A stretch of 64,000 nucleotides of DNA from Candidatus Ozemobacteraceae bacterium (GTDB lineage: Bacteria; Muiribacteriota; Ozemobacteria; Ozemobacterales; Ozemobacteraceae). Position 1 is the first letter of the stretch; the number at the start of each line of letters is the position of its first letter. Made by a program: the position numbers and the translations under genes. The stretch covers positions 4,480,001 through 4,544,000 of the forward strand of contig OZ223236.1 of the NCBI GenBank assembly GCA_965140445.1, given 5' to 3'. Below, piece after piece: positions 1-9,340 of the stretch. The notes below the pieces were generated by a model that made no database searches, had not been told where the DNA came from, and saw only the letters and a list, made by a program, of their open reading frames with translations.

Positions 1-35
1 AGTGCAATAACCTTCTTTGCAACAGAACTTAGCAT
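1..35 (-). CDS. Possible 5' end of a CDS running off the window (MLSSVAKKVIA...)
   Basis: ATG at 35 with CAGGTGG upstream, 18 nt after the previous stop; only 11 codons visible. Confidence 0.4.
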   Translation of the reverse strand, partial: MLSSVAKKVIA

Positions 36-53
36 CTAACCACCTGAAAAAAA

Positions 54-2597
54 TTAAACTTCTATTTCCAATCTTTCAATTAGAATATCAAATTCTTCAA
101 CGCTGGGCTTGTTAAAAACAACTTTTCTTTTTTGATATTTAAAATATGGAAACAACCCCAAAGCTTCAGTTCCTTCTCTGGAGATGAGAATAGCTTCTCC
201 AGAAGGCAAGTCCAGCTCTGGGCGGTCTTCTTGCGCAAGCGGAACAGCCAGAGGGCCACTTAAATCAGCAAAAGGTTGTTTAGCGCCCTTTGGAGCCTTC
301 ATAACAATTTTATTGTGCAATATAGACTTCACACCTGCCAGAATGTCACACAATCCCTCCACGGCCTGCGGAACCGTCTCATTTAAGGGTTCAATCGGGC
401 TTTTTAAAAACTCATTTAACTCTCTGAGCATCATCAACGGATTTAAATCAGAAGACTCAGAAAAAACCCTGGCAAGCGAAAAAGTAAAAAACACAGGATT
501 CTCACGAGATTGCTTCAAAGCCAAAGAAAAATTGTGCAGACATCTAAGTGATGTTGGCCCAATCAAATGCCCTTTCAGACAATCTTTAATACTCTTTTGA
601 AGGACTTCAGAAGATGGTGCAAAAAATAAACAGGACTGAATAAAACACAGGTTTAGATAGCCAATTAGATTATCAGTGAGGGTTTTAATATTTTTCAGAT
701 GACCTTCTGGAGTATTGGGAACAAATAATTCCTTGAGCGGGTCCGCCAAAAATGAGGGATATCTGGTTAATATGGTTTGAGCAGAAGGCGGAGGAGTTAT
801 TTTTATCTTATTGGAAGGTTGTTGCGCACTTTCAGCTACTTCTGGCCTTACAGGTTTTGGAGTTGGCTGAGTGCTCTTAGCTTGAGCCTTTTCAAGAGTG
901 TTTTCGACCTCTATTTCGTCTACTGCATTATTGGCTTGAATTTCTTTAACAGAGCTGGCCAGTTCTTCCACATTAACGCTTTCCAGATCTATTGATGAGA
1001 GATCGTCACCTTCATCCATAGTAAATTCAATGGTTTCTTCCACAACTTCAATAGATTCTTCTGCAACATTGCTTTCGCTCAAAGAATTTTGCCCGGAGCT
1101 CACTTCCGAAGCTTTTTCAACTGAATCAAGACTTATGCTGTCTGTAACTTCTTCTACGGAAGCTTCTTCTTGAGGCAATCCTGCACTTTCATCATCGGTT
1201 AAGTAGACCGCCTCAGTAGTATCTCCTTCAGATAAGTCGCCAGCTGCGGCCTGTAAATCCATTTGAAAAGAATCCTCAGATTCATCTAAAACGGACTCTG
1301 TTTCAAGCTTAGATTCAACATTTACAGAGACTTGAACTTCTGTCTCAAGTTCTTTTACAAATTCCTCTTCCTGAGTGGCATCTGGTTCTTTAATCTCTGA
1401 GATATTTTTATCATTTTCGACTTCAAGATTTGAGTCATCTAATTCTTCTATTGAAATCTCACCAAGAGCTTCGGTCTCATCTTCAAAATTCAGGTCTTCG
1501 AGAAATGGTTTATCTTCAACAACAACTGGCTCTTCAATCCCTGAAGTCTCATCCAGTTTGTCAGAAAAACTCTCCAGCTCTTCAGCAAAGCTTTCCATCT
1601 CTTCTTCGCTACAGTCAGATAGCTCTGCTTCAATTCTGGCATCTTCTTCCTCTTTTCTTTTAGCCTCTTCCTGAATTTTCTTGCGCTTCAGCTCCATTTC
1701 TTCTTTGAAGGATAAAACTGGCACTTCTGGTTCTACAGGCGCTTCTTCCTGATGCGATAAAACATTTGGGGCTAATTCAGGCTTTACTTCCGATTCATTA
1801 TTTAAAGCGACTTCATCCATTCTGGCCTGCTGCATGCTTTCCATTCTTTTCTTGCGGCTTACCGGAATAGCATCAAGCGCCTTCAGTGCTTCACGCGCTT
1901 TCCTCGAAACAAGAGCATTCTGATGAAACTGAACCTTACTTATAACCGATCTCAACTCTTTGCATACCAGGTGTGGCAAAAAAGGAGCCACATTCTTTAA
2001 AACCCATTCATCAGGGGAACCCAGGGCATAATCCAGAATAATTGCCAATTGAGATACCGGAAGCTCTTTAACCACTTTAAAAGCCATTTCCGACACAAAT
2101 GGATCTGGATCAGTGATCAGATTCAATACATACGCAAAATTTGTTGGTCTTCCACTGTTAAGAGCTACCTGGCAGGCAACAGAACGCACTTCAGGATCCA
2201 AACTATTTAAGCAACCTTCAATAAAATTTTGTGCAGAGGTAGGAATTTTTTCACCAATTTCATCCAGAACAGCAATTATCATTTGCCTTGTTCCAGATTT
2301 TAAAAGGTATTGCCACATTCGTTCTGAAAAACTTTGCACACCGTCAGGCTTTTGAAGCTGCTCCAGAATCAATCTTTCAAATGATAAATCTCTAGGATGC
2401 GCCTCTATTGCCAAAGCAATCTGAGCCATTAGAACGGCTATTTCAGGGTCCTTTTCATAAACGGCAGCTTCCTTTAGATCATTTAAAAGATCATGGTGGC
2501 GTTCAAAAAGGATTTTATAAGCAGCCTGTTTTCTTTTTTTGGCTTCGCTACTAAATAGTCTGGTTCTTATTTCGGTCTTCAAATTAGTCACTCTCAT
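54..2597 (-). CDS. HEAT-repeat protein with long acidic low-complexity centre and unknown C-terminal domain
   Basis: 847 aa; HEAT-like motifs (LNSLDPEVRSVA, ITDPDPFVSEMA) in first ~240 aa; E/D/S-rich middle. Confidence 0.7.
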   Translation of the reverse strand: MRVTNLKTEIRTRLFSSEAKKRKQAAYKILFERHHDLLNDLKEAAVYEKDPEIAVLMAQIALAIEAHPRDLSFERLILEQLQKPDGVQSFSERMWQYLLKSGTRQMIIAVLDEIGEKIPTSAQNFIEGCLNSLDPEVRSVACQVALNSGRPTNFAYVLNLITDPDPFVSEMAFKVVKELPVSQLAIILDYALGSPDEWVLKNVAPFLPHLVCKELRSVISKVQFHQNALVSRKAREALKALDAIPVSRKKRMESMQQARMDEVALNNESEVKPELAPNVLSHQEEAPVEPEVPVLSFKEEMELKRKKIQEEAKRKEEEDARIEAELSDCSEEEMESFAEELESFSDKLDETSGIEEPVVVEDKPFLEDLNFEDETEALGEISIEELDDSNLEVENDKNISEIKEPDATQEEEFVKELETEVQVSVNVESKLETESVLDESEDSFQMDLQAAAGDLSEGDTTEAVYLTDDESAGLPQEEASVEEVTDSISLDSVEKASEVSSGQNSLSESNVAEESIEVVEETIEFTMDEGDDLSSIDLESVNVEELASSVKEIQANNAVDEIEVENTLEKAQAKSTQPTPKPVRPEVAESAQQPSNKIKITPPPSAQTILTRYPSFLADPLKELFVPNTPEGHLKNIKTLTDNLIGYLNLCFIQSCLFFAPSSEVLQKSIKDCLKGHLIGPTSLRCLHNFSLALKQSRENPVFFTFSLARVFSESSDLNPLMMLRELNEFLKSPIEPLNETVPQAVEGLCDILAGVKSILHNKIVMKAPKGAKQPFADLSGPLAVPLAQEDRPELDLPSGEAILISREGTEALGLFPYFKYQKRKVVFNKPSVEEFDILIERLEIEV

Positions 2598-2630
2598 TAA
2601 GCTGAATTCATGGTAACTTTTGAATCAACT

Positions 2631-2670
2631 AAAAACAAGAACAGAACGATGAAACACCGTTCTGTTTTTT
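2631..2670 (-). terminator. Intrinsic terminator after the FmdB gene
   Basis: Minus-strand hairpin AACAGAACGGTG-TTT-CATCGTTCTGTT followed by CTTGTTTTT. Confidence 0.7.
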
Positions 2671-2682
2671 ATTTATTTTTAC

Positions 2683-3042
2683 TCAGGCTGCTTTGGGAAC
2701 CTGAGATTCAGCCTTTTTTCCAGTATCAGAGCTCTCCGATTTCTTTTCAGGTTTGCTGGTGCTGGATTTCTCGCTTTCAGCAGCTGGTTTTGTGTCTGTC
2801 TTTTTTGAAGAAGAGTCTGAGCTTTCCGTATTGCTATCTTTCTTCTTGGCTTCAAGATAACCGGAATCTCTGTAATCCGTAGAATAAAACCCAGATCCTT
2901 TAAATATCACTGAGCTTGCAGACATCAACTTCTTACCAACCCCGTTGCATTCAGGGCAATGCTGAGAATCAGTACAACTCATTGAATGAAAAGAATCGAA
3001 AACTTTTTCACATTGGGTACATTTGTAACTATAAGTAGGCAT
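2683..3042 (-). CDS. FmdB-family zinc-ribbon protein with S/K/E-rich tail
   Basis: MPTYSYKCTQC...CPEC...IFKGSGFYSTDY signature; ATG 3042 with AGGAGG RBS. Confidence 0.9.
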   Translation of the reverse strand: MPTYSYKCTQCEKVFDSFHSMSCTDSQHCPECNGVGKKLMSASSVIFKGSGFYSTDYRDSGYLEAKKKDSNTESSDSSSKKTDTKPAAESEKSSTSKPEKKSESSDTGKKAESQVPKAA

Positions 3043-3076
3043 TAACGATTCCTCCTGCAAAAACTATCCTAAACGA

Positions 3077-3103
3077 TTAGCACTCCATAAAGTAGAGTGC
3101 CAA
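3077..3103. promoter_or_regulatory. CIRCE element (HrcA operator)
   Basis: TTAGCACTC-cataaagta-GAGTGCCAA; one mismatch to TTAGCACTC-N9-GAGTGCTAA. Confidence 0.9.
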
Positions 3104-3104
3104 T

Positions 3105-3133
3105 ACTCTATCACACCTTTGCTACCTGTTCAA
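3105..3133 (-). promoter_or_regulatory. Putative sigma70 promoter for the FmdB gene
   Basis: TTGAAC-17 nt-TAGAGT with TGn extension, directly upstream of the CIRCE. Confidence 0.55.
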
Positions 3134-4763
3134 GAAAATTATGGCACTGCTCTATGAGCCATGAATGGTTCTCTGAAACGCCAAACGAATCTAACACGGC
3201 CACATCCAGATCATTTTGAAGTGTTTCAAAGCATTTTGGATCTTTTTCCATTTTTTTTACAATTTTTTCAACGGCATTGATGCATCTTGTTTTTGGTTCT
3301 GGCAGTGGAATTGATCTAACATTTGTAACGGTTATGTGAAAACTGAAATAGTGCCCACTAAACCACGCATTAACAATGGAACTATTTAATAATCCAACTA
3401 TGAATTCCAAACTAAATGGCTCGCGAACTCCAGAAATAGTCGAAATTGAGTTTTTTGGGTAAAACCCGTGTCTATCAAGGGTTGCCACAAGTCTTGTTGA
3501 AAGTTTTTCATTTCTTATGTTTTGATACAAAACCTTTGGATTGTCAAAAACTTCCGGCTTTCCCGCGTATGTTAAGTGTTTACCGTAATCCAGGTATTTG
3601 CCTTCCCAATTTGTGTAAAAGGGGCCTATTTCACGACCTTTCAAAACCTTTTTACTGTTATTGCCAATTGGCGCATCAGAAACAAATCTGGAAATTACAT
3701 CCCCTCTATTGCTGGACTCTTGTATTCCCACTCCAATTCTACAAATATCACCTAATTGAAGGTTGTTGCTTTCCATGCAATCAAATAAGCTCTTCAAGCT
3801 CTCAGGAATCAAAGCTCTTCTAAAACCTTTCTGGCAAGAAAGACTTTGAGATAAGGTTTTAAAAACATTCTTCCAGCCATTTTCTTTATCAAAATTTGTA
3901 TGAATGGTTGTTTCATTAGTTGCAGCTTCCCCACCCAACCTTAAATCTAAAATTACTGGAAGCACTCCAGGAGCTTTTGGGAAAAACCTTTCAGGTAACA
4001 AATACAAGTTTTCAGCATGGTTCTGTGAAAAAACTAATTCTCGAATCTTTGCACACTGCTTATTCACCATGTAAGTATGAGAGGTCAAAAAGATCATGCG
4101 CCCATTTTTGCTTAATCTTTCAATCCCCGCTTCAATGAAAAAGGTGTATAGATCCTTTTCCCCTTCGAAAGTCTTAAAGCGTTTTTTCAATCTCTTTTTG
4201 TAATCTTCATCTAAATTAACTTTATAAGGTGGGTTTCCAATAACCAGATCAAATTTTTCATGGGTGGTAATAAACAAAAAATCAGCCAAAATTAACTTTG
4301 GGATTCCTTTGAAATTACAGGCCTTTAGCAATCGGGCCAAGGTTATTAGCAAGGCCTGAGCATCAATATCAACTCCCCAAACCTTATCCAGAGAACACTC
4401 ATTATTATCGTTACATCTTTTTATATAAGGAACCAGAAATGCGCCTGTTCCGCAGGCTGGATCAATTACCTTCAAATTTTTTGAAACCGCCTTTTCATCG
4501 TAAAAATACTTCACAAACTCTTCAGGAGTGTAATACTGACCTGTGGTTCTTTTATGTGAATTATGGCGTGCTTCCAGGTCTGGAATTTGCTCTCCCTCAA
4601 CTGTTAAAAGAGGATATTCACCATTTTTCACCGAAGAAAGCCATTGATAAGGTTTTGCAGAAATACCAAGCCTCTCCAAAACCTCTACAGGGGTGATTTC
4701 AGGGGGTGAATCTTTACCTAATAAGGTGTCAGCAAACCAGTGAAATAACTTAATTGTTTTCAT
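3111..4763 (-). CDS. N6-adenine DNA methyltransferase, gamma class (TaqI/Eco57I-like)
   Basis: GQYYTP, motif I DPACGTGAF, motif IV GNPPY, KDLYTFF, TaqI_C-like C-terminus (FIVGLLNS). Confidence 0.85.
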   Translation of the reverse strand: MKTIKLFHWFADTLLGKDSPPEITPVEVLERLGISAKPYQWLSSVKNGEYPLLTVEGEQIPDLEARHNSHKRTTGQYYTPEEFVKYFYDEKAVSKNLKVIDPACGTGAFLVPYIKRCNDNNECSLDKVWGVDIDAQALLITLARLLKACNFKGIPKLILADFLFITTHEKFDLVIGNPPYKVNLDEDYKKRLKKRFKTFEGEKDLYTFFIEAGIERLSKNGRMIFLTSHTYMVNKQCAKIRELVFSQNHAENLYLLPERFFPKAPGVLPVILDLRLGGEAATNETTIHTNFDKENGWKNVFKTLSQSLSCQKGFRRALIPESLKSLFDCMESNNLQLGDICRIGVGIQESSNRGDVISRFVSDAPIGNNSKKVLKGREIGPFYTNWEGKYLDYGKHLTYAGKPEVFDNPKVLYQNIRNEKLSTRLVATLDRHGFYPKNSISTISGVREPFSLEFIVGLLNSSIVNAWFSGHYFSFHITVTNVRSIPLPEPKTRCINAVEKIVKKMEKDPKCFETLQNDLDVAVLDSFGVSENHSWLIEQCHNFLEQVAKV

Positions 4764-4773
4764 TTCCTAAAAT

Positions 4774-4800
4774 AAAAAAGGGGCTTTGAGCCCCCTTTAA
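4774..4800 (-). terminator. Intrinsic terminator ending the DUF6754/GlmL operon
   Basis: Minus strand GGGGCT-CAA-AGCCCC followed by TTTTTT, just after the 4811 stop. Confidence 0.8.
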
Positions 4801-4810
4801 AATTTGTTAA

Positions 4811-6046
4811 TTAAGCCTTAGCCTTTTTAGCAGCCAACTCTTCAGCTTTTTTCCGGTTAATAAACTCAATGACAAATGCAGCAAAAACGCCAAGAACGCC
4901 AGCTGCTAATCCAGCAAGAATAACCATTACTGAGCGTTTAGGCTTAGACTTTTTTTCTGGAGCTCTTGCATGGTCCAGAACTTCAAACTGGCTTCCTTCT
5001 TCAGCCTCAGCAATTTTTGCCATTTCAAACTGCTCAGTTAAAAGACCAAAAACCTTTTCCTTAACCTTGAGATTGCGATTAAGTCTAACATATTGCAATG
5101 CTATTTCTGGCAGCTCACCAAGAACCTTTTCTGTAGAAGCAATTTCTTTTTTCAAAGCTTCTATCTTGGCTTCTTCTGCAAGCTTTTTAGCTTCAACTTT
5201 AACCAATTCAGGCATATTGCCTGAAGCTCTCAGCATGCTATCTTGCATTTTTACAAAAATACCAGCTGTGACTTCTTCTGATTCAAGTTTTGCAAGTTTT
5301 TCGATTACGCCCTGAGCCTGCTTTTCGAGTGCAAAAATCTTATGTTTGTCCTGAAAGTCCTGTAAAACTTTCTCAGCTTCTTCAAGCTCTTTTGAGACTT
5401 TCGACAACTGCCTTTCGACAAAAGCTCTCTTCTCTTTCTGCGGGCCTTTTGAAAAATTTTCAAGATAAGCGATATAGGCTTCTGCAATCTCGGCCGATAA
5501 ACTTGCCGACATGGTTTCTGCTGAAACAGAAATTAAACCGTCTTTATCCTTATTTACAGAAACTATTTTGCTCACAGTTTCCAGCAAATCATCATATTTG
5601 GGTGGTTTACTTGGGATCTTACCCACAATAGACGGGTTAGTTGCAACCCCAAACTCATTAATAATTTTGGCACTAAGAGTTTTGCTTTTCAGGTAAGCAA
5701 CCAGATAGTCTGAAGAACCACCGCCTGCTCCGCCAAGGCCGCCAAGCATTCCAGCTAAAGGTATGCTATTCAACAGTGAACTCATCCCACTTTTGCCGGA
5801 ATGAACAAAAATGGTAGAAGTCGCCTTGTAATAATTTGGCAAAGTAAGACTATAAAGCGCTGTTAAAACAGCGACAATAAATGGAAAAACAATAATCAAT
5901 TTCCAGCGTTTAACCAGAACGCGAAACAGCTCGAAGAGATCTATTTCATCCTCTTCGAGCCCCATAATAATCTCGCGCTTTAAAAGCTCTTCTTTGACTT
6001 CCTTCTTGAGAGCTTCTGTATCAATTTCAGAGCTTTTACCTGACAT
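4811..6046 (-). CDS. Wzz/GumC-family polysaccharide co-polymerase (no kinase domain)
   Basis: EDEIDLFELFRVL, N-terminal TM, coiled-coil centre, APEKKSKPKR followed by C-terminal TM. Confidence 0.85.
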   Translation of the reverse strand: MSGKSSEIDTEALKKEVKEELLKREIIMGLEEDEIDLFELFRVLVKRWKLIIVFPFIVAVLTALYSLTLPNYYKATSTIFVHSGKSGMSSLLNSIPLAGMLGGLGGAGGGSSDYLVAYLKSKTLSAKIINEFGVATNPSIVGKIPSKPPKYDDLLETVSKIVSVNKDKDGLISVSAETMSASLSAEIAEAYIAYLENFSKGPQKEKRAFVERQLSKVSKELEEAEKVLQDFQDKHKIFALEKQAQGVIEKLAKLESEEVTAGIFVKMQDSMLRASGNMPELVKVEAKKLAEEAKIEALKKEIASTEKVLGELPEIALQYVRLNRNLKVKEKVFGLLTEQFEMAKIAEAEEGSQFEVLDHARAPEKKSKPKRSVMVILAGLAAGVLGVFAAFVIEFINRKKAEELAAKKAKA

Positions 6047-7170
6047 TATTCTTCAATTATCTCCACATTTGCTCTTGGCAGGGTAAGTTGCTCACCACCA
6101 TCAAGAAGTTCAATTGTAACAACACGAACTTTGGCTTCAGTTGGGATCTTGGTTGGCTGCTCAGGCAATTTTACCACCTTGGCAACTGCTCCAAAATTAG
6201 GCTGTCGAATAATTCTAACCAGGCTTCCCGGGTTCATTCCGCCTACATGAGATCCATCTTTCTCTTCAATCTTCTGACCAGCAAGAGGAATAATAACTTC
6301 AGGACGAATAACACCGGCACGAATCTGTGTGGCACCATTGATTGAAGTTTTCTTTCCTTGTGCGGCTTTTAATAGATCAAAGGTTTTCTGAGCCATATTA
6401 ATCTGACCGAAACCTTCAGTAACAACCAGAGTAATGCCTTTTTCTTCAGTACCTGTAATAGCAACACCAAGATCGTATCCGAGGAATTCTTTCAAATCGT
6501 GAGCATCATAACCACCTACAACCACGCCTTTAACACCAACCTCTACGGCTCTGTCAAGGGCTTCAGCTGTAACAAGTGATCCACCAACGATGATTTTATT
6601 CTTGTGTTCAATTTTAATCGAATCTTTATCAAGAATATCAGACGGACTCTTAGCAACCATTTCCAGTTCGCCAATTACTTCTGGACCAATTCCGAAAATT
6701 CCTTGCATGAAAGAAGCTATAGTATCAACTTTAACCCCTTCCCCTTCATAAATTTCTGAAATAGTTCCATCAACATAGCTGAGAACTTCTACTGGAATAG
6801 GTGGTTCACGAAGAATTGCCTGTCCAGTAACTGTTGAAAGGCTTTCGATTGTTCCGCGAATTGGAGATTTAACGAAAGACTTGAAGAAGCCCCATATTCC
6901 AGGAGTTTCTGCAATAACAGTGTCCTTTTCAACTGTATCGCCTTCTTTCTTAACCAGAAAGTCAGCAATTTCATTTGGCTCACAACCGAGAATATTAGCA
7001 ATATTCAAAGGGTAAACATTTCCAGGAAGATCAGTAGAGGCAACAACCTGCTCAGCGGTAACCTTATCTCCAACCTTCACATGAACATTACCGATCATAG
7101 GTAATCTTCTGTCCTTTTGGACTAACGTTTTTCCAACTATTTTTAGACCGGGCGTATATGCACTAGCCAT
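6046..7170 (-). CDS. Conserved hypothetical GlmL-associated protein with barrel-sandwich-hybrid-like motifs
   Basis: VKVGDKV..EQVVA and VKKEGDTV..DTVIA...VKSPIRGTI motifs; ATG 7170 with GAAAGGA RBS; TAATG overlap with next gene. Confidence 0.7.
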   Translation of the reverse strand: MASAYTPGLKIVGKTLVQKDRRLPMIGNVHVKVGDKVTAEQVVASTDLPGNVYPLNIANILGCEPNEIADFLVKKEGDTVEKDTVIAETPGIWGFFKSFVKSPIRGTIESLSTVTGQAILREPPIPVEVLSYVDGTISEIYEGEGVKVDTIASFMQGIFGIGPEVIGELEMVAKSPSDILDKDSIKIEHKNKIIVGGSLVTAEALDRAVEVGVKGVVVGGYDAHDLKEFLGYDLGVAITGTEEKGITLVVTEGFGQINMAQKTFDLLKAAQGKKTSINGATQIRAGVIRPEVIIPLAGQKIEEKDGSHVGGMNPGSLVRIIRQPNFGAVAKVVKLPEQPTKIPTEAKVRVVTIELLDGGEQLTLPRANVEIIEE

Positions 7171-7188
7171 TGTCAATCATCCTTTCGA

Positions 7189-8994
7189 TTAAAGGCCTGG
7201 ATAGAGATCCATGGCTTTATACCAAGACTGAACAAGTTTAACACGTTCGCTATTATTAGTAGGAAGCGTAAACGGTCTACCTCTTGTATCAAAGACCAAA
7301 CCAACTACTCCACCATCAAGCTCTGCTTCAACTTCTTTACCGTCACCAGCACCCATATCATATCCCCATTTTGGAGCGATAAAGACTTTTGCTTTCTCGC
7401 CAACCCCAAGAGGAACAACGGTCAATTCTCCGCCATTAAGGGTTTTGGATACTGTTTCGCCACTTGGCAAAGTTACTCTAATATCCATTACTGGAGAACC
7501 CATTTTTACTTTGCCAACTGGAGCAATGCAGGTTCCAAGATAAATCAAGCAGTCCTTTTCGAAAACGCTCAATGCTGCATCTTCATGTACTTTTGCAAGA
7601 ACGCCCAATTGAGGCATCATAAAGATCGAGTCAACTGTCAGCTGTGTAATACCTTCCGGAAGGAAAGCATCGATAAGCATCATTGCAGTTTGCTGTCTTC
7701 TTGGCGCATGAGAAAGAACTCCACCAGATCCAATAAGCATATTCAAATCAGTAAGGTTAACGAGAGTTTCACCAGTATTAGACTGATCAAAAACATCGCC
7801 AATAGTTCTTTCCTGCTGAACACCTTTCAAGCCAACGGCGAGAGATCTGTGCTGATCAAATGAAAGTCTGAGAGCTTCTCTGGCACATGCCTGCTCAACC
7901 ATAAGTTCTTCAAGAAGTGAAGGAATGGTAGTTGGGCGAATCATTTTGTTTTTTACGCGATTCCTTAGATCTCTTTCTTCCATTTCGAAAGGAACCCATC
8001 GCATAATGTTATCAAGGCCTGCTTCTGCAAAAACGTTACTGATAGAATAGCTCATACCATAGTTTGCCGAAACTGACTTATTGTAAATTCCACCAAACAC
8101 GCTGAAAACGTCCGTGGTAGCACCACCAATATCAGCACCTACAACGTTGATTCCTTTTCGGTTGGAAATAAGCTGCATGATGTCCCCGACCGCACCAGGA
8201 GTTGGCATAATGTCTTCATCAGTCAATTCCATCAGGTGTGGGTATCCAGGCGCATGACTCATAACGTGCTCAAGGAACAAATGCTGAATTTTCTGGCGAG
8301 TAGGCATGAGATTTTCTTTTTCAAGAGATGGTCTCAGGTTATCTGCAAGGTCAAGTGCAACCTTGTCAGCCAATCGCTCTTTTATTAATTCAGTCGCGTC
8401 TTTGTTTCCAGCATACAAAACTGGTAATTGATAACTGATTCCAAGGCGTGCTTTTGGGTTTGCGGCAGCGATAATTTCAGCAAGAGCTGCAACGTGGGAC
8501 TTGGTCCCTCCATCAACACCACCAGAGAGTAGAATCATATCAGGTCTAAGATGCCTGATTCTTGCAATTTTTTCATGGGCAAGTCTGCCATCATTTGTGG
8601 CCAGAACGTCCATAACGATAGCACCAGCACCAAGAGCAGCTCTGGTTGCTGATTCACCTGACATTGATTTAACAACACCAGTAACCATCATTTGAAGCCC
8701 ACCACCAGCAGAACTAGTTGAAACGTAAAGATCAACACCTTTTCCATCCTTAAATGGCTTGGTTATTGCTTTTCCGTCATCTGTCAAAATTTGGCGTCCA
8801 GCTAATTCCTGAACTTCAGCTACAGCATTTAAAACGCCTTGTGTAACGTCTTCAACAGGGGCTTCAACAGTTGTTGGAGCTTCACCTCTGACGATGAGAC
8901 GAAATACCCCGTCACGTTTTTCGATCAGAATTGCTTTGGTAGTCGTACTACCACAATCTGTTGCCAGGATGCTTTGAATTTCACCGTTGCTCAC
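7189..8994 (-). CDS. glmL: Glutamate mutase L (GlmL/MutL)-family ASKHA ATPase
   Basis: TDCGSTTTK and DIGGATTDVFS phosphate motifs, STSSAGGGL, PDMILLSGGVDGG; GTG 8994 with GGAAGGTG RBS. Confidence 0.85.
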   Translation of the reverse strand: MSNGEIQSILATDCGSTTTKAILIEKRDGVFRLIVRGEAPTTVEAPVEDVTQGVLNAVAEVQELAGRQILTDDGKAITKPFKDGKGVDLYVSTSSAGGGLQMMVTGVVKSMSGESATRAALGAGAIVMDVLATNDGRLAHEKIARIRHLRPDMILLSGGVDGGTKSHVAALAEIIAAANPKARLGISYQLPVLYAGNKDATELIKERLADKVALDLADNLRPSLEKENLMPTRQKIQHLFLEHVMSHAPGYPHLMELTDEDIMPTPGAVGDIMQLISNRKGINVVGADIGGATTDVFSVFGGIYNKSVSANYGMSYSISNVFAEAGLDNIMRWVPFEMEERDLRNRVKNKMIRPTTIPSLLEELMVEQACAREALRLSFDQHRSLAVGLKGVQQERTIGDVFDQSNTGETLVNLTDLNMLIGSGGVLSHAPRRQQTAMMLIDAFLPEGITQLTVDSIFMMPQLGVLAKVHEDAALSVFEKDCLIYLGTCIAPVGKVKMGSPVMDIRVTLPSGETVSKTLNGGELTVVPLGVGEKAKVFIAPKWGYDMGAGDGKEVEAELDGGVVGLVFDTRGRPFTLPTNNSERVKLVQSWYKAMDLYPGL

Positions 8995-9325
8995 GTGATT
9001 CACCTTCCTTACAGTCCTTTTTTTCCTTTTCAAGAGTCTCAATGGCCACCATCAATTGCTCAATCCGATTTCTATCGGCGGAAATTGCCTGGAGTTTCTC
9101 CATTTTGACCGAATCTACCATCATTTCAAGAATGGGACCAAACACTACGAGACTGGAATACCCAATAAAGGATATTGGCTTAACCATTTCCAGTGACATT
9201 ATAACGGGAACACTCATGCCTCTCCTGACCACAAGCTCGGCGAGCTTATTAATAAACTCCTCAAGCTCCTGGTCAGAAAATTTGCAATCCTTTTCCACTT
9301 TCTTCGGAATGGTCCACATTCCCAT
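8981..9325 (-). CDS. Small conserved hypothetical protein
   Basis: 114 aa, GGAGA RBS, overlaps glmL start by 14 nt. Confidence 0.75.
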   Translation of the reverse strand: MGMWTIPKKVEKDCKFSDQELEEFINKLAELVVRRGMSVPVIMSLEMVKPISFIGYSSLVVFGPILEMMVDSVKMEKLQAISADRNRIEQLMVAIETLEKEKKDCKEGESREQR

Positions 9326-9340
9326 GGGCTAAGTCTCCAG

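Noticed and set aside
7189..8994. DNA mismatch-repair MutL, or a link to the glmS at 34792
   Set aside because: Name collisions only: this is an ASKHA-fold protein, and the glmS here is the aminotransferase, not glutamate mutase subunit S
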